A stretch of DNA of 56,688 nt, from the NCBI GenBank assembly GCA_964557285.1, contig CAZKZS010000002.1, positions 1 through 56,688 of the forward strand. The letters run 5' to 3'. Below the pieces are notes generated by a model. It saw only the letters and a list, made by a program, of their open reading frames with translations, had not been told where the DNA came from and made no database searches. Numbering within the stretch: the stretch's first letter is position 1; each line of letters begins with the position of its first letter. The translations under genes were made by a program, and so were the position numbers. Positions 1-8,495 of this stretch are shown here, one piece after another. Source of the stretch: an uncultured Anaerolineae bacterium (GTDB taxonomy: Bacteria; Chloroflexota; Anaerolineae; Aggregatilineales; J027).

Positions 1-100
1 GCACGGAGATAACGAACATCACAACGGAAAAGACAGCGCGGCGGGATTTCAGCAGCGCGTTGAGGGCCCCGAAGAAAGGGGTGCGGTCAGCTTTGTTCAT
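1..100 (-). CDS. Small membrane protein, N-terminal part (holin-like candidate). It runs off the left edge.
   Basis: ATG at 98-100 (minus). Translation MNKADRTPFFGALNALLKSRRAVFSVVMFVISV ends in a hydrophobic stretch. It overlaps the 3' end of 87..482 by 14 nt and lies directly after the tail-fibre genes, where lysis cassettes usually start. Confidence 0.45.
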   Translation of the reverse strand, partial: MNKADRTPFFGALNALLKSRRAVFSVVMFVISV

Positions 101-482
101 GAGTCGGCTCCCTTAGTATTGGACGCGGCCGGACGGGGAGTCCAGCGCGTGCCCGGAGAAACTTGAGGTGTTCTATGATCCATTTTAGCACATCTGTGCT
201 AGGGATGCTGCCGGGATTGTCGAGGAAATCTTCGAGCCGTTCCCAGTCGGCTTCAATTCGCAGGCTGTCCTGGTGATGGCGTTCAAATTCCTGAGCCATC
301 GACTCGGCCAGGATGTCGGCCTGCGGCCGGGCCGCTTCCAGCTGGGCCGCTGTTGGCGGCGCGATATCGGATCGATTCCAGCGGGTGATTCGTTCCCCGC
401 TGTGGTCATTCAAAATCTCGTAGTCGACGGCCGGTTGCAGATCGGGATACAACACAAGCAGTCGGTGAATCAGGCTACTCAT
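87..482 (-). CDS. XkdW-like phage tail/baseplate-associated protein
   Basis: ATG checked at 480-482. The N-terminus LYPDLQPAVDYEILNDHSGERITRWNRSDIAPPTAAQLEAA resembles the XkdW family signature. It is the last gene after the fibres. Confidence 0.5.
   Translation of the reverse strand: MSSLIHRLLVLYPDLQPAVDYEILNDHSGERITRWNRSDIAPPTAAQLEAARPQADILAESMAQEFERHHQDSLRIEADWERLEDFLDNPGSIPSTDVLKWIIEHLKFLRARAGLPVRPRPILREPTHEQS
186..201. promoter_or_regulatory. Palindrome TAGCAC-ATCT-GTGCTA (member of the second operator-like family)
   Basis: Perfect 6-4-6 inverted repeat. On the minus strand it is followed immediately by TAAAAT (-10-like), about 85 nt upstream of the holin-like ATG. Confidence 0.3.
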
Positions 483-1146
483 CGCGCAGAAGCACTCCTG
501 TTAAAAACGTGTAAGCAAGGGACGCATAGACCGACTGATCGCTGCCGGTGGCCTGGTAGACCACGATGGTGTATTTGTCACTCAGGCTGGTCACCCGGAA
601 TCGGAACTCGGTGTGCGCGGTGCGCCCGTCATTGAGCAGATTGTAACCGCTCAGGTAAAAGGCGCCGTTGATATACAGCTGGATGAACCAGCTGTAGCTG
701 CCCCCGAAGGCAAGTTGCCAGGTGATGGTGGTGTTCAGGCTCCAAACCCCGGTACGCGGCGGGGTAAATTCATAGGTACTCGTGTTGAAGCAGCCGCCGA
801 AGTCCCAGAGCAGGCTGTTAAAACGCACGACCGTAGGGGTGGCTGTTGGCACGGTCGTATGGTTGCTCTGATAAACGCTGAAGGCGGGCGGCCGCTGGAT
901 CAGTGGGCCGTAGGTGGCGCTGCTCGTTTTGACATACAGCCGCCCGGCGCTGGTAAACAGCAGGGACCTCCCCGCTGTTGGCGTAATGGCGGGAAGGTTG
1001 TCCAGGGTCAGCAGGCCGGGGTCGAACGGCGTCGTGCCCGCCAGCAGGCCGGTGATGGCGCTGTCCAGTTCAGACAGCGGGGTGTTGAGATTGGCAGTCG
1101 AGCGCAGGGCGCCAAAGCTGATAGGGGTGTGGTGGTTAATGGTCAT
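475..1146 (-). CDS. Tail fibre / receptor-binding protein paralog C (C1q/TNF-like C-terminal pattern)
   Basis: ATG at 1144-1146. The N-terminus HHTPISFGALRSTANLNTPLSELDSAI is shared with paralog A. The C-terminus has an FSVY..VVRFNS..F..STYEFTPPRTGVW jelly-roll-like pattern. Confidence 0.6.
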   Translation of the reverse strand: MTINHHTPISFGALRSTANLNTPLSELDSAITGLLAGTTPFDPGLLTLDNLPAITPTAGRSLLFTSAGRLYVKTSSATYGPLIQRPPAFSVYQSNHTTVPTATPTVVRFNSLLWDFGGCFNTSTYEFTPPRTGVWSLNTTITWQLAFGGSYSWFIQLYINGAFYLSGYNLLNDGRTAHTEFRFRVTSLSDKYTIVVYQATGSDQSVYASLAYTFLTGVLLRDE

Positions 1147-1154
1147 GATCGCCT

Positions 1155-1820
1155 CTATGGAATAAAGGTGCCGATGAAATAGCTGCCCGCCTTCAGGGTG
1201 AAGCTGTTGGCGCCGGCGCCTGCCTGGATGAGGAGCAGGTCGGCGTTGGGCGTGGAGACCTCAGCCTGCCCCCTGACTATTAAGGTCGTGAGTACATTGG
1301 GAGTCAGCGGCCCGCGATGGCTGTTTCCCACGATGGTGGCAAGGGTATTGCGGATGGCATACCCTTGCGGCTGGACCGACGAAACAGTGGTGATCATATT
1401 CAGCACAGCCAGCACCTCGTAGAACCCTGCCTTCTTCGGTTTCCAGGCGAAGGTGGCGGCGTCCCACTCGCCGAGGGTGTCCACCACCGGGTCGTTGAAC
1501 TGGACAGTCGTGATGCTGGAAATGGTCTGGTCAGCGGCCGTCCGCACCTTGAGCTTGCCCCCGGTGACCTCGTTGAGGCTGTGCTGGACGCCGTCGCTGT
1601 CCTTGCTGACCATCTGCCCGCTCAGGGCGTACAGGCGCAGATGGGCAGCCGCCGGGGTGCCAGGGGCGGCGCCGTTGTTGACGAACAGCGCGGCACTGAA
1701 CTGTTCCTCCCCAGCCAGGCAGCGGGCGATGGCGCTGTCCAGCTGGGACAGCCGGGTGTTGATCTGAGGGCTGTTCAGCGGGGCGCCGTAGCGGATCGGG
1801 TGGTGCAGTGTCTTCGTCAT
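1155..1820 (-). CDS. Tail fibre / receptor-binding protein paralog B
   Basis: Internal ATG at 1818-1820 (MTKTLHHPIRYGAPLNSPQINTRLSQLDSAI) forms an ATGA overlap with the upstream paralog. The track ORF extends further upstream artificially. Confidence 0.6.
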   Translation of the reverse strand: MTKTLHHPIRYGAPLNSPQINTRLSQLDSAIARCLAGEEQFSAALFVNNGAAPGTPAAAHLRLYALSGQMVSKDSDGVQHSLNEVTGGKLKVRTAADQTISSITTVQFNDPVVDTLGEWDAATFAWKPKKAGFYEVLAVLNMITTVSSVQPQGYAIRNTLATIVGNSHRGPLTPNVLTTLIVRGQAEVSTPNADLLLIQAGAGANSFTLKAGSYFIGTFIP

Positions 1821-2485
1821 GGCACCAGGTGGCAGTACAGATAGGTCGGCGCTTTGAGCGTCAGGGCGTTCGCATAGAGGACCGTCACGGTGATGAGATC
1901 GCTGGACGGGGTAGTGACCTGTACGAGGTCTTCGACGAAGGCGGTCGTGATCACACTCGCCTGGGTGACCGGGTTCTGGGTGCCGCTGCTGGAATGGCTG
2001 CCGTTGAGGTTGATGTACGCCGCGACGGTGCCCGGTGTGGTCACAAAGCAGCCGATCTGGGCACGCACCCAGTAGTAGCCGGCCCGCTTGGGTTTGACGG
2101 CGTAGCTGACCGCGTCCCATTCGCTGTCCTTGTCTTCGTCGACAGTCGCAAACTGGACGACCGTCTCGGCGGTCGGGGTAATAACCTGGTCGGTCGTGCG
2201 GCGCACGCGCACTTTGCCGCCCGACACTTCGTCCACCTGTCGCACCGTGCCGCCGTCGTCAATCGTGTACAGCACCTTGTTGAGTGCGAACAGCAGCACC
2301 CGGCCGGCAGCCGCCGGCGGGTCGGGAATCTGGGTCACTTCCTTGATGAGCAGCCCCGGATCGAAGGCTGCCACGCCGCTCAGCAGGTTGCGGATCGCCT
2401 GGTCGAGCGAACCGAGCGGGGTGTTGACAGCGGCGGTCGAGCGCAGGGCGCCAAAGCTGATAGGGGTGTGGTAGAAGGTGCTCAT
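1817..2485 (-). CDS. Tail fibre / receptor-binding protein paralog A
   Basis: ATG at 2483-2485. MSTFYHTPISFGALRSTAAVNTPLGSLDQAI; 222 aa, the same length class as paralogs B and C. Confidence 0.6.
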   Translation of the reverse strand: MSTFYHTPISFGALRSTAAVNTPLGSLDQAIRNLLSGVAAFDPGLLIKEVTQIPDPPAAAGRVLLFALNKVLYTIDDGGTVRQVDEVSGGKVRVRRTTDQVITPTAETVVQFATVDEDKDSEWDAVSYAVKPKRAGYYWVRAQIGCFVTTPGTVAAYINLNGSHSSSGTQNPVTQASVITTAFVEDLVQVTTPSSDLITVTVLYANALTLKAPTYLYCHLVP

Positions 2486-2500
2486 GATCTCTCCTTAAGA

Positions 2501-4471
2501 TTAAGACGGCCGGACGGCCACACTCTGGGCGGTCATCAGGGCGTCGACAATCGATTCGATGGTGCCCTGCCCGGCGGCGCAGGACACCCCGATCTGGTGG
2601 TTGCGCCGCACCCCGTCGGCGATCAGTTTTTCGGTCAGGTCGAAGCGCAGTTCAACGGGTGCGTTGGCCGCCTGCCAGGGGCCGTAGGTGTTGGAGTTCA
2701 GGTCCTTGAGGCTGCTGGTCATGTCGCTGCCATTGACCGAGAGCGAGATCATGCGCGGGTGGTCGGTGTCATCGAAAATGCCGTAAGTGATGCCGTGTGT
2801 ATGGTTGGGCAGGGTGATGCTGTGCTGGTGGCCGCTGTCGGCGGCGGACGTATACCAGTAGGTCGGGTAGGGATTCCACATGGCGCCGCCGCCGTCCCCC
2901 ACAAACACCGTGCCTTCGTCGTTGTTGCCGAGAATGCCATACACCTCGTAGCGGTAAAAGTTGATGCTGGCCCCGTTGACCGGGCCGGGAAAGTCCGGCG
3001 AGACCACCCCGACCAGGTGGCGGTGCGCCCCGTCCTCGTTGGAGGAGATGACCTGTCCGCCGCCGGACGCGGCTGCCAGGGCGGTGGCCCGCAGCGGCCG
3101 CGTTTGCAGCGTCAGGATGCAGCGGTGCAGGTACAGCACCGCGTTGCTGATTTGAATAGGAATGATGACGCTGTGGCTGGGCGCAATTTCCCGTTCCTTC
3201 GTGTCGGTGTATTTGGTGGGCACCGGCTGGGGCACCGCCCGCGCCACCTCCAGCCGTTTGAGACGGCCCACGATCAGGTCGGTGTCGTCCGCCAGTTCCG
3301 CGTCAACGCTGGCGACGGTCAGGGTGTATTCCCGCCTGGCGTCGGCGGTGTAGGTCACAGTGACCGCCAGCACCCAGAATTTGGCGTCGACGGTGGCGAA
3401 ATGGACCGGCTGGGTGCCGTCCATGACCAGCCCTTTGTAACGCAGCCAGATGAGGCTGCCGGGCCGCACACTGTCCGGCAGGGTTTTGCAGCGCACCCTA
3501 TACGCGACCTGTGGGTCTTTGCGCCGGAGCAGCCACTGGACGGTTTTGTCGTACAGCGCGTTGGCGGCCAGCGTCAGGTCGGTGTCGGAGTTGCTGATGG
3601 GGTTGATCGTGTCATCCTGCGGCGCTTCCTCATGCGGGCCGTAGGCCAGGATCGAGGTTTCATCCTCGATGTAGTATTCGAGGCCGGACCCGTCGAGTCG
3701 GGGACGGCTTTTGATGGGGTACGGGCTGGTGCGGTCGCTGTGCTCCAGCGTGAGCTGGCTCAGGCCGCGTCCCCCACCGAGCGGCAGCGCCCGGTTGACC
3801 AGCTGGGTGGAAGTCCGCACATATTGAAGCTCGCCCACGATGCCGAGGATGGTGCTGCTGACCGCATCGGGCGGCAGCCGGCGCAGGTTGGTGGCGACGA
3901 CACCTGCATACTGCCCGAAAGGGCCGATTTCAACCGTGCGCGGCTGGGTGATGTCGCGGCGGAGGTGGTAGCCGAACTGCTTGACGGTTTCGAGCATGAT
4001 CGCCAGCGGCGAGACGCCGGCGTACCGCCCATACACCAGGTCCGGGCTGGACACGACCACCGCGCTCCAGGCTGGGGTTGCCAGTGCCGCCAGGTCTTTC
4101 ATCGCTTTTTCCAGCCCAACGTTTTCATGCACCAGGCTCTGTCCGACGGTGCGGCTGGTGCGGAGTTCGTCCATGAGGTCGCTGCCCTGGATGAGGAAGG
4201 TGCCGCTGCCCTTGCCGGGCTGATAGCTGCGGGTCAGCACGATTCCCTCGAAGATGACCGTATTGCGGCGCTTGAGTTGGATCCGCCGCTGCTCGGTGAG
4301 CAGGTCGACGACTCGAACATCCGCCGCCGGGCATTCGAGTTCAAACGATCCGGTTTTGTCGAGCGAATCGGTCAGGCTGGCGCGGAGAATGCTGTACACC
4401 GGGCCTTTGCCCAGCGGGTTCCCCTGGGCGTCATAGACCCGCGCCTGAAGCAGGGATTGTTTGTTGCTCAT
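2501..4471 (-). CDS. Tail-associated (Tal-like) minor structural protein
   Basis: 656 aa, directly downstream of the Dit-like gene with a 4-nt overlap. Its position and size are typical of siphovirus tail-tip proteins. Confidence 0.6.
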   Translation of the reverse strand: MSNKQSLLQARVYDAQGNPLGKGPVYSILRASLTDSLDKTGSFELECPAADVRVVDLLTEQRRIQLKRRNTVIFEGIVLTRSYQPGKGSGTFLIQGSDLMDELRTSRTVGQSLVHENVGLEKAMKDLAALATPAWSAVVVSSPDLVYGRYAGVSPLAIMLETVKQFGYHLRRDITQPRTVEIGPFGQYAGVVATNLRRLPPDAVSSTILGIVGELQYVRTSTQLVNRALPLGGGRGLSQLTLEHSDRTSPYPIKSRPRLDGSGLEYYIEDETSILAYGPHEEAPQDDTINPISNSDTDLTLAANALYDKTVQWLLRRKDPQVAYRVRCKTLPDSVRPGSLIWLRYKGLVMDGTQPVHFATVDAKFWVLAVTVTYTADARREYTLTVASVDAELADDTDLIVGRLKRLEVARAVPQPVPTKYTDTKEREIAPSHSVIIPIQISNAVLYLHRCILTLQTRPLRATALAAASGGGQVISSNEDGAHRHLVGVVSPDFPGPVNGASINFYRYEVYGILGNNDEGTVFVGDGGGAMWNPYPTYWYTSAADSGHQHSITLPNHTHGITYGIFDDTDHPRMISLSVNGSDMTSSLKDLNSNTYGPWQAANAPVELRFDLTEKLIADGVRRNHQIGVSCAAGQGTIESIVDALMTAQSVAVRPS

Positions 4472-5331
4472 AGGCGGTACGCATCCTCGTAATACAGGGA
4501 CATGACGGCAATGGTGGCGCCGGTGTGATAAAACTCGAAGATGTTTTCGCCGGGTTCGAGCCGCATCCAGTACCGCTGGTCTTCCGGGATGACGAGCCGG
4601 TCCAGCGCCAGCGATTCATCGGTGTCGCCGGTGTAGTAGACCAGCAGGTCGCCGCAGTCGAGGGTCAGGGTCTGGTTGTTGGCGATGGTGCCGTTGTAGG
4701 TCAGGATTTCGGCGTAGCCGCCGCGCTGCCCCTGGCGTTTGATGGTGAAGCCGGTCACCCCGGCAGAGGTGCCCCGGATGTCGAAGCGCGGGAAGGTGTC
4801 CGCGTTGCCCTTGTTGATATAACTCAGGACAATGCCGTTCAGCAGGTTGCGGTTGATGACGCCGCTGTCGAAGCTGCCGCCGTCATCGAACTTGCCGCCG
4901 TCATCGAAGTAGCCCGCCAGGTCGTTGCTGTACCAGGTCGGGTCATCGGCCTGGAAGTGGAGGGTGAGGGGGTGCAGGCGGTCGGTGCCATTGTCGGCAT
5001 TCTGGGGCAGCGGGTTGTTCTGGATGCGTGCCCAGGTCCAGAGCGGGTAGGCCAGGTCAGCGGGTTTCCACCAGAAGCGGCGCTTGCCGAGGGTGGTCAG
5101 CTGCCCGACGGCCCGGCGCTGGGCCGCCATCTGCGCCGGGGTGTCGGCAGTCAGGTTGAACCGGATCACAATCTGCCCGGTTTCGATGGGCGCCCGGTCG
5201 AACCCCCATAAATCCAGCGCTCCGTCGGCGCCAATGAGCTTCTCAGCCGCCGGCAGGGTGTTGCCGAAGTTGTTGAAAAACGACGACACGTTGGGAAAAT
5301 CGTAGTCGGCGAACCGGAACCATTGAGTCAT
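4468..5331 (-). CDS. Distal tail protein (Dit-like)
   Basis: 287 aa, immediately after the tape measure gene. ATG at 5329-5331. Confidence 0.55.
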   Translation of the reverse strand: MTQWFRFADYDFPNVSSFFNNFGNTLPAAEKLIGADGALDLWGFDRAPIETGQIVIRFNLTADTPAQMAAQRRAVGQLTTLGKRRFWWKPADLAYPLWTWARIQNNPLPQNADNGTDRLHPLTLHFQADDPTWYSNDLAGYFDDGGKFDDGGSFDSGVINRNLLNGIVLSYINKGNADTFPRFDIRGTSAGVTGFTIKRQGQRGGYAEILTYNGTIANNQTLTLDCGDLLVYYTGDTDESLALDRLVIPEDQRYWMRLEPGENIFEFYHTGATIAVMSLYYEDAYRL

Positions 5332-5334
5332 GCC

Positions 5335-8300
5335 TTAAAAGTCTCCTTCTCCATAACCGAGCCGCTGGAGTTCAGCCACGATGCCGCGTCCGACCTGGCG
5401 GCCCGCTTCCTCGGTCGCGTCCTTGCCCGCCACCTGCACCGTGATTTCAATCACGGTGCGGCGGCGGTCGCGGCGGTCATCCTGCGCGGCCTGGGGGGCG
5501 AGCGGCAGCGGTGCGTTCAGCGGCAGGGCGGGCGCGGGTTGCAGGGCCAGGGGGGAAAACGCACTCCCGGCGGCCGCGTTCAGGCCGTTCATGGCGTTGG
5601 TGATGCCGCGCAGCCCCAGTTCAAACGGCGTCGGCGAGCCGGGGATGAGCCAGTCCGGCACGTCGATCCCGCCGAGCTTGCTGGTCAGGCTGTCGAGCGG
5701 CCCCAGCACCGTGTCGATGGCGCTTTTGATGCCGTCGATGCCTCGTTTTACGCCGTCGAACACCAGCGCAAGCGCATCGGCGGGAGTCCGAACCATTCGG
5801 AGTCGGCTGGTCAGGCTGTCCAGCACCGGGACGACCGCCGCCTGAATGAAGGCCCAGGCCGCTTGCAGCGCCGGGTACAGGATGGTGTTCCAGGTGTCGC
5901 TGACCAGGGTAATCGCGTCGTTGAGACGCCCCTCCAGGAAGTCAGCGGCGTCGCTCAGGATGGGCAGGATTTTGTCCTGGAACCACGCCCAGACGACTTG
6001 CAGGGCAGGCTGCAAGATGAACGTCCACAGGGCCGCCGCCGCCAGCACCGCGACGCGCATCGCTTCCATGAGGAAGCTCGCCACCGACTCCAGCACGGGC
6101 AGCAGCTGAAGGCTGATGAAGTCCCAGACCTCGCTCAGGGCGGGTTGCAGGGTGTGGCGCCAGAAGTCAGCCGCAGTCTGGAGCGCCAGTGGGACGTTGA
6201 CGGCCAGCCAGTCCACGACCTCGCTCAGCACGGGCAGCAGCTGAAGGCTGATGAAGTCCCAGACGGTGCTCAGGGCGGGCTGGAGCGTGCTGCGCCAGAA
6301 GTCAGCCGCCGCTTGCACGGCCAGCGGGAGGTGGGTTTGCAGCCACAGCACCACGTCCTGGAGGGTCGGGAGGACGCTGGTCTGGATAAAGTCCCAGACG
6401 GTGCTCAGGGCGGGTTGGAGCGTGCTGCGCCAGAAGTCAGCCGCCGCTTGTACCGCCACCGGGAGGTGATCGGCGAGCCAGGCGGCGACCTCCCGCAGGG
6501 CCGGGACGACGCTGGTCTGGATGAAGGCCCAGACCGCTTGCAGGGCCGGGAGCAGCGTGGTGTCCCAGAACTCGGCGGCGGCCTGAATCGCCGTCGGCAG
6601 GTGGTCGGCCAGCCAGCCGGCAAAGGTGATCAGCGCAGGGATCAGCTGGTCGGTCAGCAGGCCCCAGCCGGCCACCAGCGCCGGGAGCAGGGTCGTCTCC
6701 CAGAATCCGGCCAGCAGGGTTACCCCGTTAATGAGCTGGACGCCGAGCCAGACGGCCAGCGCGGCCACGGCCGGAATGACCTCGTTGAGGATGAACTGCC
6801 CGGCAATCTGCAAGTCCGGGAGCAGGGTTGTGCGGATAACCTCGGCGGTCGCGCTAAACGCGCTGGAGAGGGCGTCGAGCATGGCACTGATCGCCGGGCC
6901 GACAACGTTCATGAACCGTTCAGCCTGGTCGCGGGCCAGCCCGAAATTGACCAGCAGCCCTTCGATCCACGACTGCCCCAGCGACTCCGCGTCCCCACCC
7001 AGCCCGAAGGCGGCCTTGATGGCTTCCAGCAGGCCGAACGACTCCACGTCGTCGAGGAACCAGCCGAGGGCAAGGCGCAGGAAGTCCAGCCCGGTGCGAA
7101 GCTGGCGGACCGCGCCGTCGAGGAAGGTGCGGATGCCGCCGAAGTTCTCGGTGTAGGCCAGATACAGCCCGCCAAGGGCGGCCACGATCAGCCCGACAGG
7201 CGACACAAGGACACCCAGCGCGGCGCTGATACCAAGAAAGACCCCGCCGAGGGTGACCAGCCCGGTCGCCAGCGCCCCCGCCGCCAGGACGGCCCGCCCC
7301 AGCCCGTCGACGAGCGGTTGGTTTTCGCCGATCCATTCCCGGATTTCGCCGATCAGGGGCCGGATCGCCTGGGTCGCGGTGAGGACCATCGGCAGAAACA
7401 GGCTGCCGAGTTCAATGGTGGTGGCGCTGATGGAGGATTTGAGCAGGTCGAACTGGGCCGCCGGGCTTGCCATCTGGATGTCCTGGGCGGCAGCGGTCGC
7501 GCCGTCAACGCCGCTCAGGAAGTTCGCAAAAAACGCCTCAGCCCCTTCATTGGTGAGGGCAATCGCGCCGCGCAGGGCTTCGGAATCGGTGATGATGCCG
7601 TCGAAGCTGCTGCCGCCCGCTTCCTTGATGGCCTCGTAGGCGCCGGCCAGTCCCAGCGCGTCGACCATCGCCTGCCCGCTCTCGTAGCCCAGCCCGGCGA
7701 TGATTTCCTTGAGTTCCGTGCCGGGGTTCTGGAGTCGAAGCATCATCTGGTTAAGAAAGGACGAGGCTTGCCCGGCGCTGTACCCCTGCGTGGTCAGGTA
7801 CGCGAACATGGCGCCGAGTTCGTCGAACGCGATGCCCATCGCGTTGGCGGTGCCCGTGACGTTTCCAATCGTCCCGGCGAGTTCGTCCATGGTCAGGACG
7901 CCGGCCCCGACGGTCTGGGTCATGACATCGCTGGCGAACGCCGCTTCGTCGGCGGAGAATCCGTAGGCGTTCATAACCGCGATGAGGCCCGACGTGGTGC
8001 CGCGCAGGTCGGCGGCGCCGGCCTCGGAAGTGGCGATGGACTGTTCCAGGATCGCCATGTGGGTCGAGGCGTCCGAAACGCCGGAGACGATTTCGTAGAA
8101 GGCTTCGGCGGTAGCCTGCGGCCCGGCCCGGCTGTTGGCGCCCAGGTTGAGGATGTCTTCGGAGAGTGTCTTGATGTCGGCGTCGCTGGCTTTGAGGATG
8201 GCCTGGACGTTCGTCATCGATTCGTCGAAGGACATGGCCTGCCGGGTGGCCAGGCTCAGCCCGGCCACCAGCGGTGCGGTCAGGCCGCCCAGCGAGAGGC

Positions 8301-8427
8301 CCGCATCCAGCAGCGACTCGCCGAGGCTGCGGAACCCACTGGTCAGCCCGTCGAGGGCGCCGTCGAGGACCGGCGAAGCGTCGTCCGTCGCCCGGAGGAT
8401 GATTTCAATCACGTTGGAGGCGGCCAT
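5335..8427 (-). CDS. Tail tape measure protein
   Basis: 1030 aa. It has a TP901-type N-terminal TMP motif region (ILNLGANSRAGPQATAEAFYEIVSGV), Gly/Ala-rich hydrophobic segments and internal 45-aa repeats. It follows the G/GT chaperone. Confidence 0.9.
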   Translation of the reverse strand: MAASNVIEIILRATDDASPVLDGALDGLTSGFRSLGESLLDAGLSLGGLTAPLVAGLSLATRQAMSFDESMTNVQAILKASDADIKTLSEDILNLGANSRAGPQATAEAFYEIVSGVSDASTHMAILEQSIATSEAGAADLRGTTSGLIAVMNAYGFSADEAAFASDVMTQTVGAGVLTMDELAGTIGNVTGTANAMGIAFDELGAMFAYLTTQGYSAGQASSFLNQMMLRLQNPGTELKEIIAGLGYESGQAMVDALGLAGAYEAIKEAGGSSFDGIITDSEALRGAIALTNEGAEAFFANFLSGVDGATAAAQDIQMASPAAQFDLLKSSISATTIELGSLFLPMVLTATQAIRPLIGEIREWIGENQPLVDGLGRAVLAAGALATGLVTLGGVFLGISAALGVLVSPVGLIVAALGGLYLAYTENFGGIRTFLDGAVRQLRTGLDFLRLALGWFLDDVESFGLLEAIKAAFGLGGDAESLGQSWIEGLLVNFGLARDQAERFMNVVGPAISAMLDALSSAFSATAEVIRTTLLPDLQIAGQFILNEVIPAVAALAVWLGVQLINGVTLLAGFWETTLLPALVAGWGLLTDQLIPALITFAGWLADHLPTAIQAAAEFWDTTLLPALQAVWAFIQTSVVPALREVAAWLADHLPVAVQAAADFWRSTLQPALSTVWDFIQTSVLPTLQDVVLWLQTHLPLAVQAAADFWRSTLQPALSTVWDFISLQLLPVLSEVVDWLAVNVPLALQTAADFWRHTLQPALSEVWDFISLQLLPVLESVASFLMEAMRVAVLAAAALWTFILQPALQVVWAWFQDKILPILSDAADFLEGRLNDAITLVSDTWNTILYPALQAAWAFIQAAVVPVLDSLTSRLRMVRTPADALALVFDGVKRGIDGIKSAIDTVLGPLDSLTSKLGGIDVPDWLIPGSPTPFELGLRGITNAMNGLNAAAGSAFSPLALQPAPALPLNAPLPLAPQAAQDDRRDRRRTVIEITVQVAGKDATEEAGRQVGRGIVAELQRLGYGEGDF
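5853..6700 (-). repeat. Tandem 135-nt (45-aa) repeats inside the tape measure gene, at least 7 units
   Basis: The CCCAGAC/CCCAGGC landmark recurs at 5853, 5988, 6123, 6258, 6393, 6528 and 6663, an exact 135-nt period. Protein units look like AADFWRSTLQPALSTVWDFIQTSVLPTL..L...LP.AVQ. Confidence 0.85.
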
Positions 8428-8495
8428 GCCCCAGCGGCGCTCCCTGAGCTAGTGTGTACGAGGTGTGCTGGCGGCGTGAGAAGGAATCGGCGGGG

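Noticed and set aside
475-2485. The fibre paralog set as a diversity-generating retroelement target
   Set aside because: No reverse transcriptase ORF or template-repeat/variable-repeat pair with adenine-specific differences was found. The divergence is spread over whole C-terminal domains.
5853-6700. Regular repeats that might suggest a CRISPR array. The 15-nt and 18-nt repeats at 38482-38588 raise the same question.
   Set aside because: The repeats are contiguous with no unique spacers, in frame within coding genes, and have a 135-nt or 15-18-nt period. No cas genes are present. They are protein repeats and iterons, not CRISPR.
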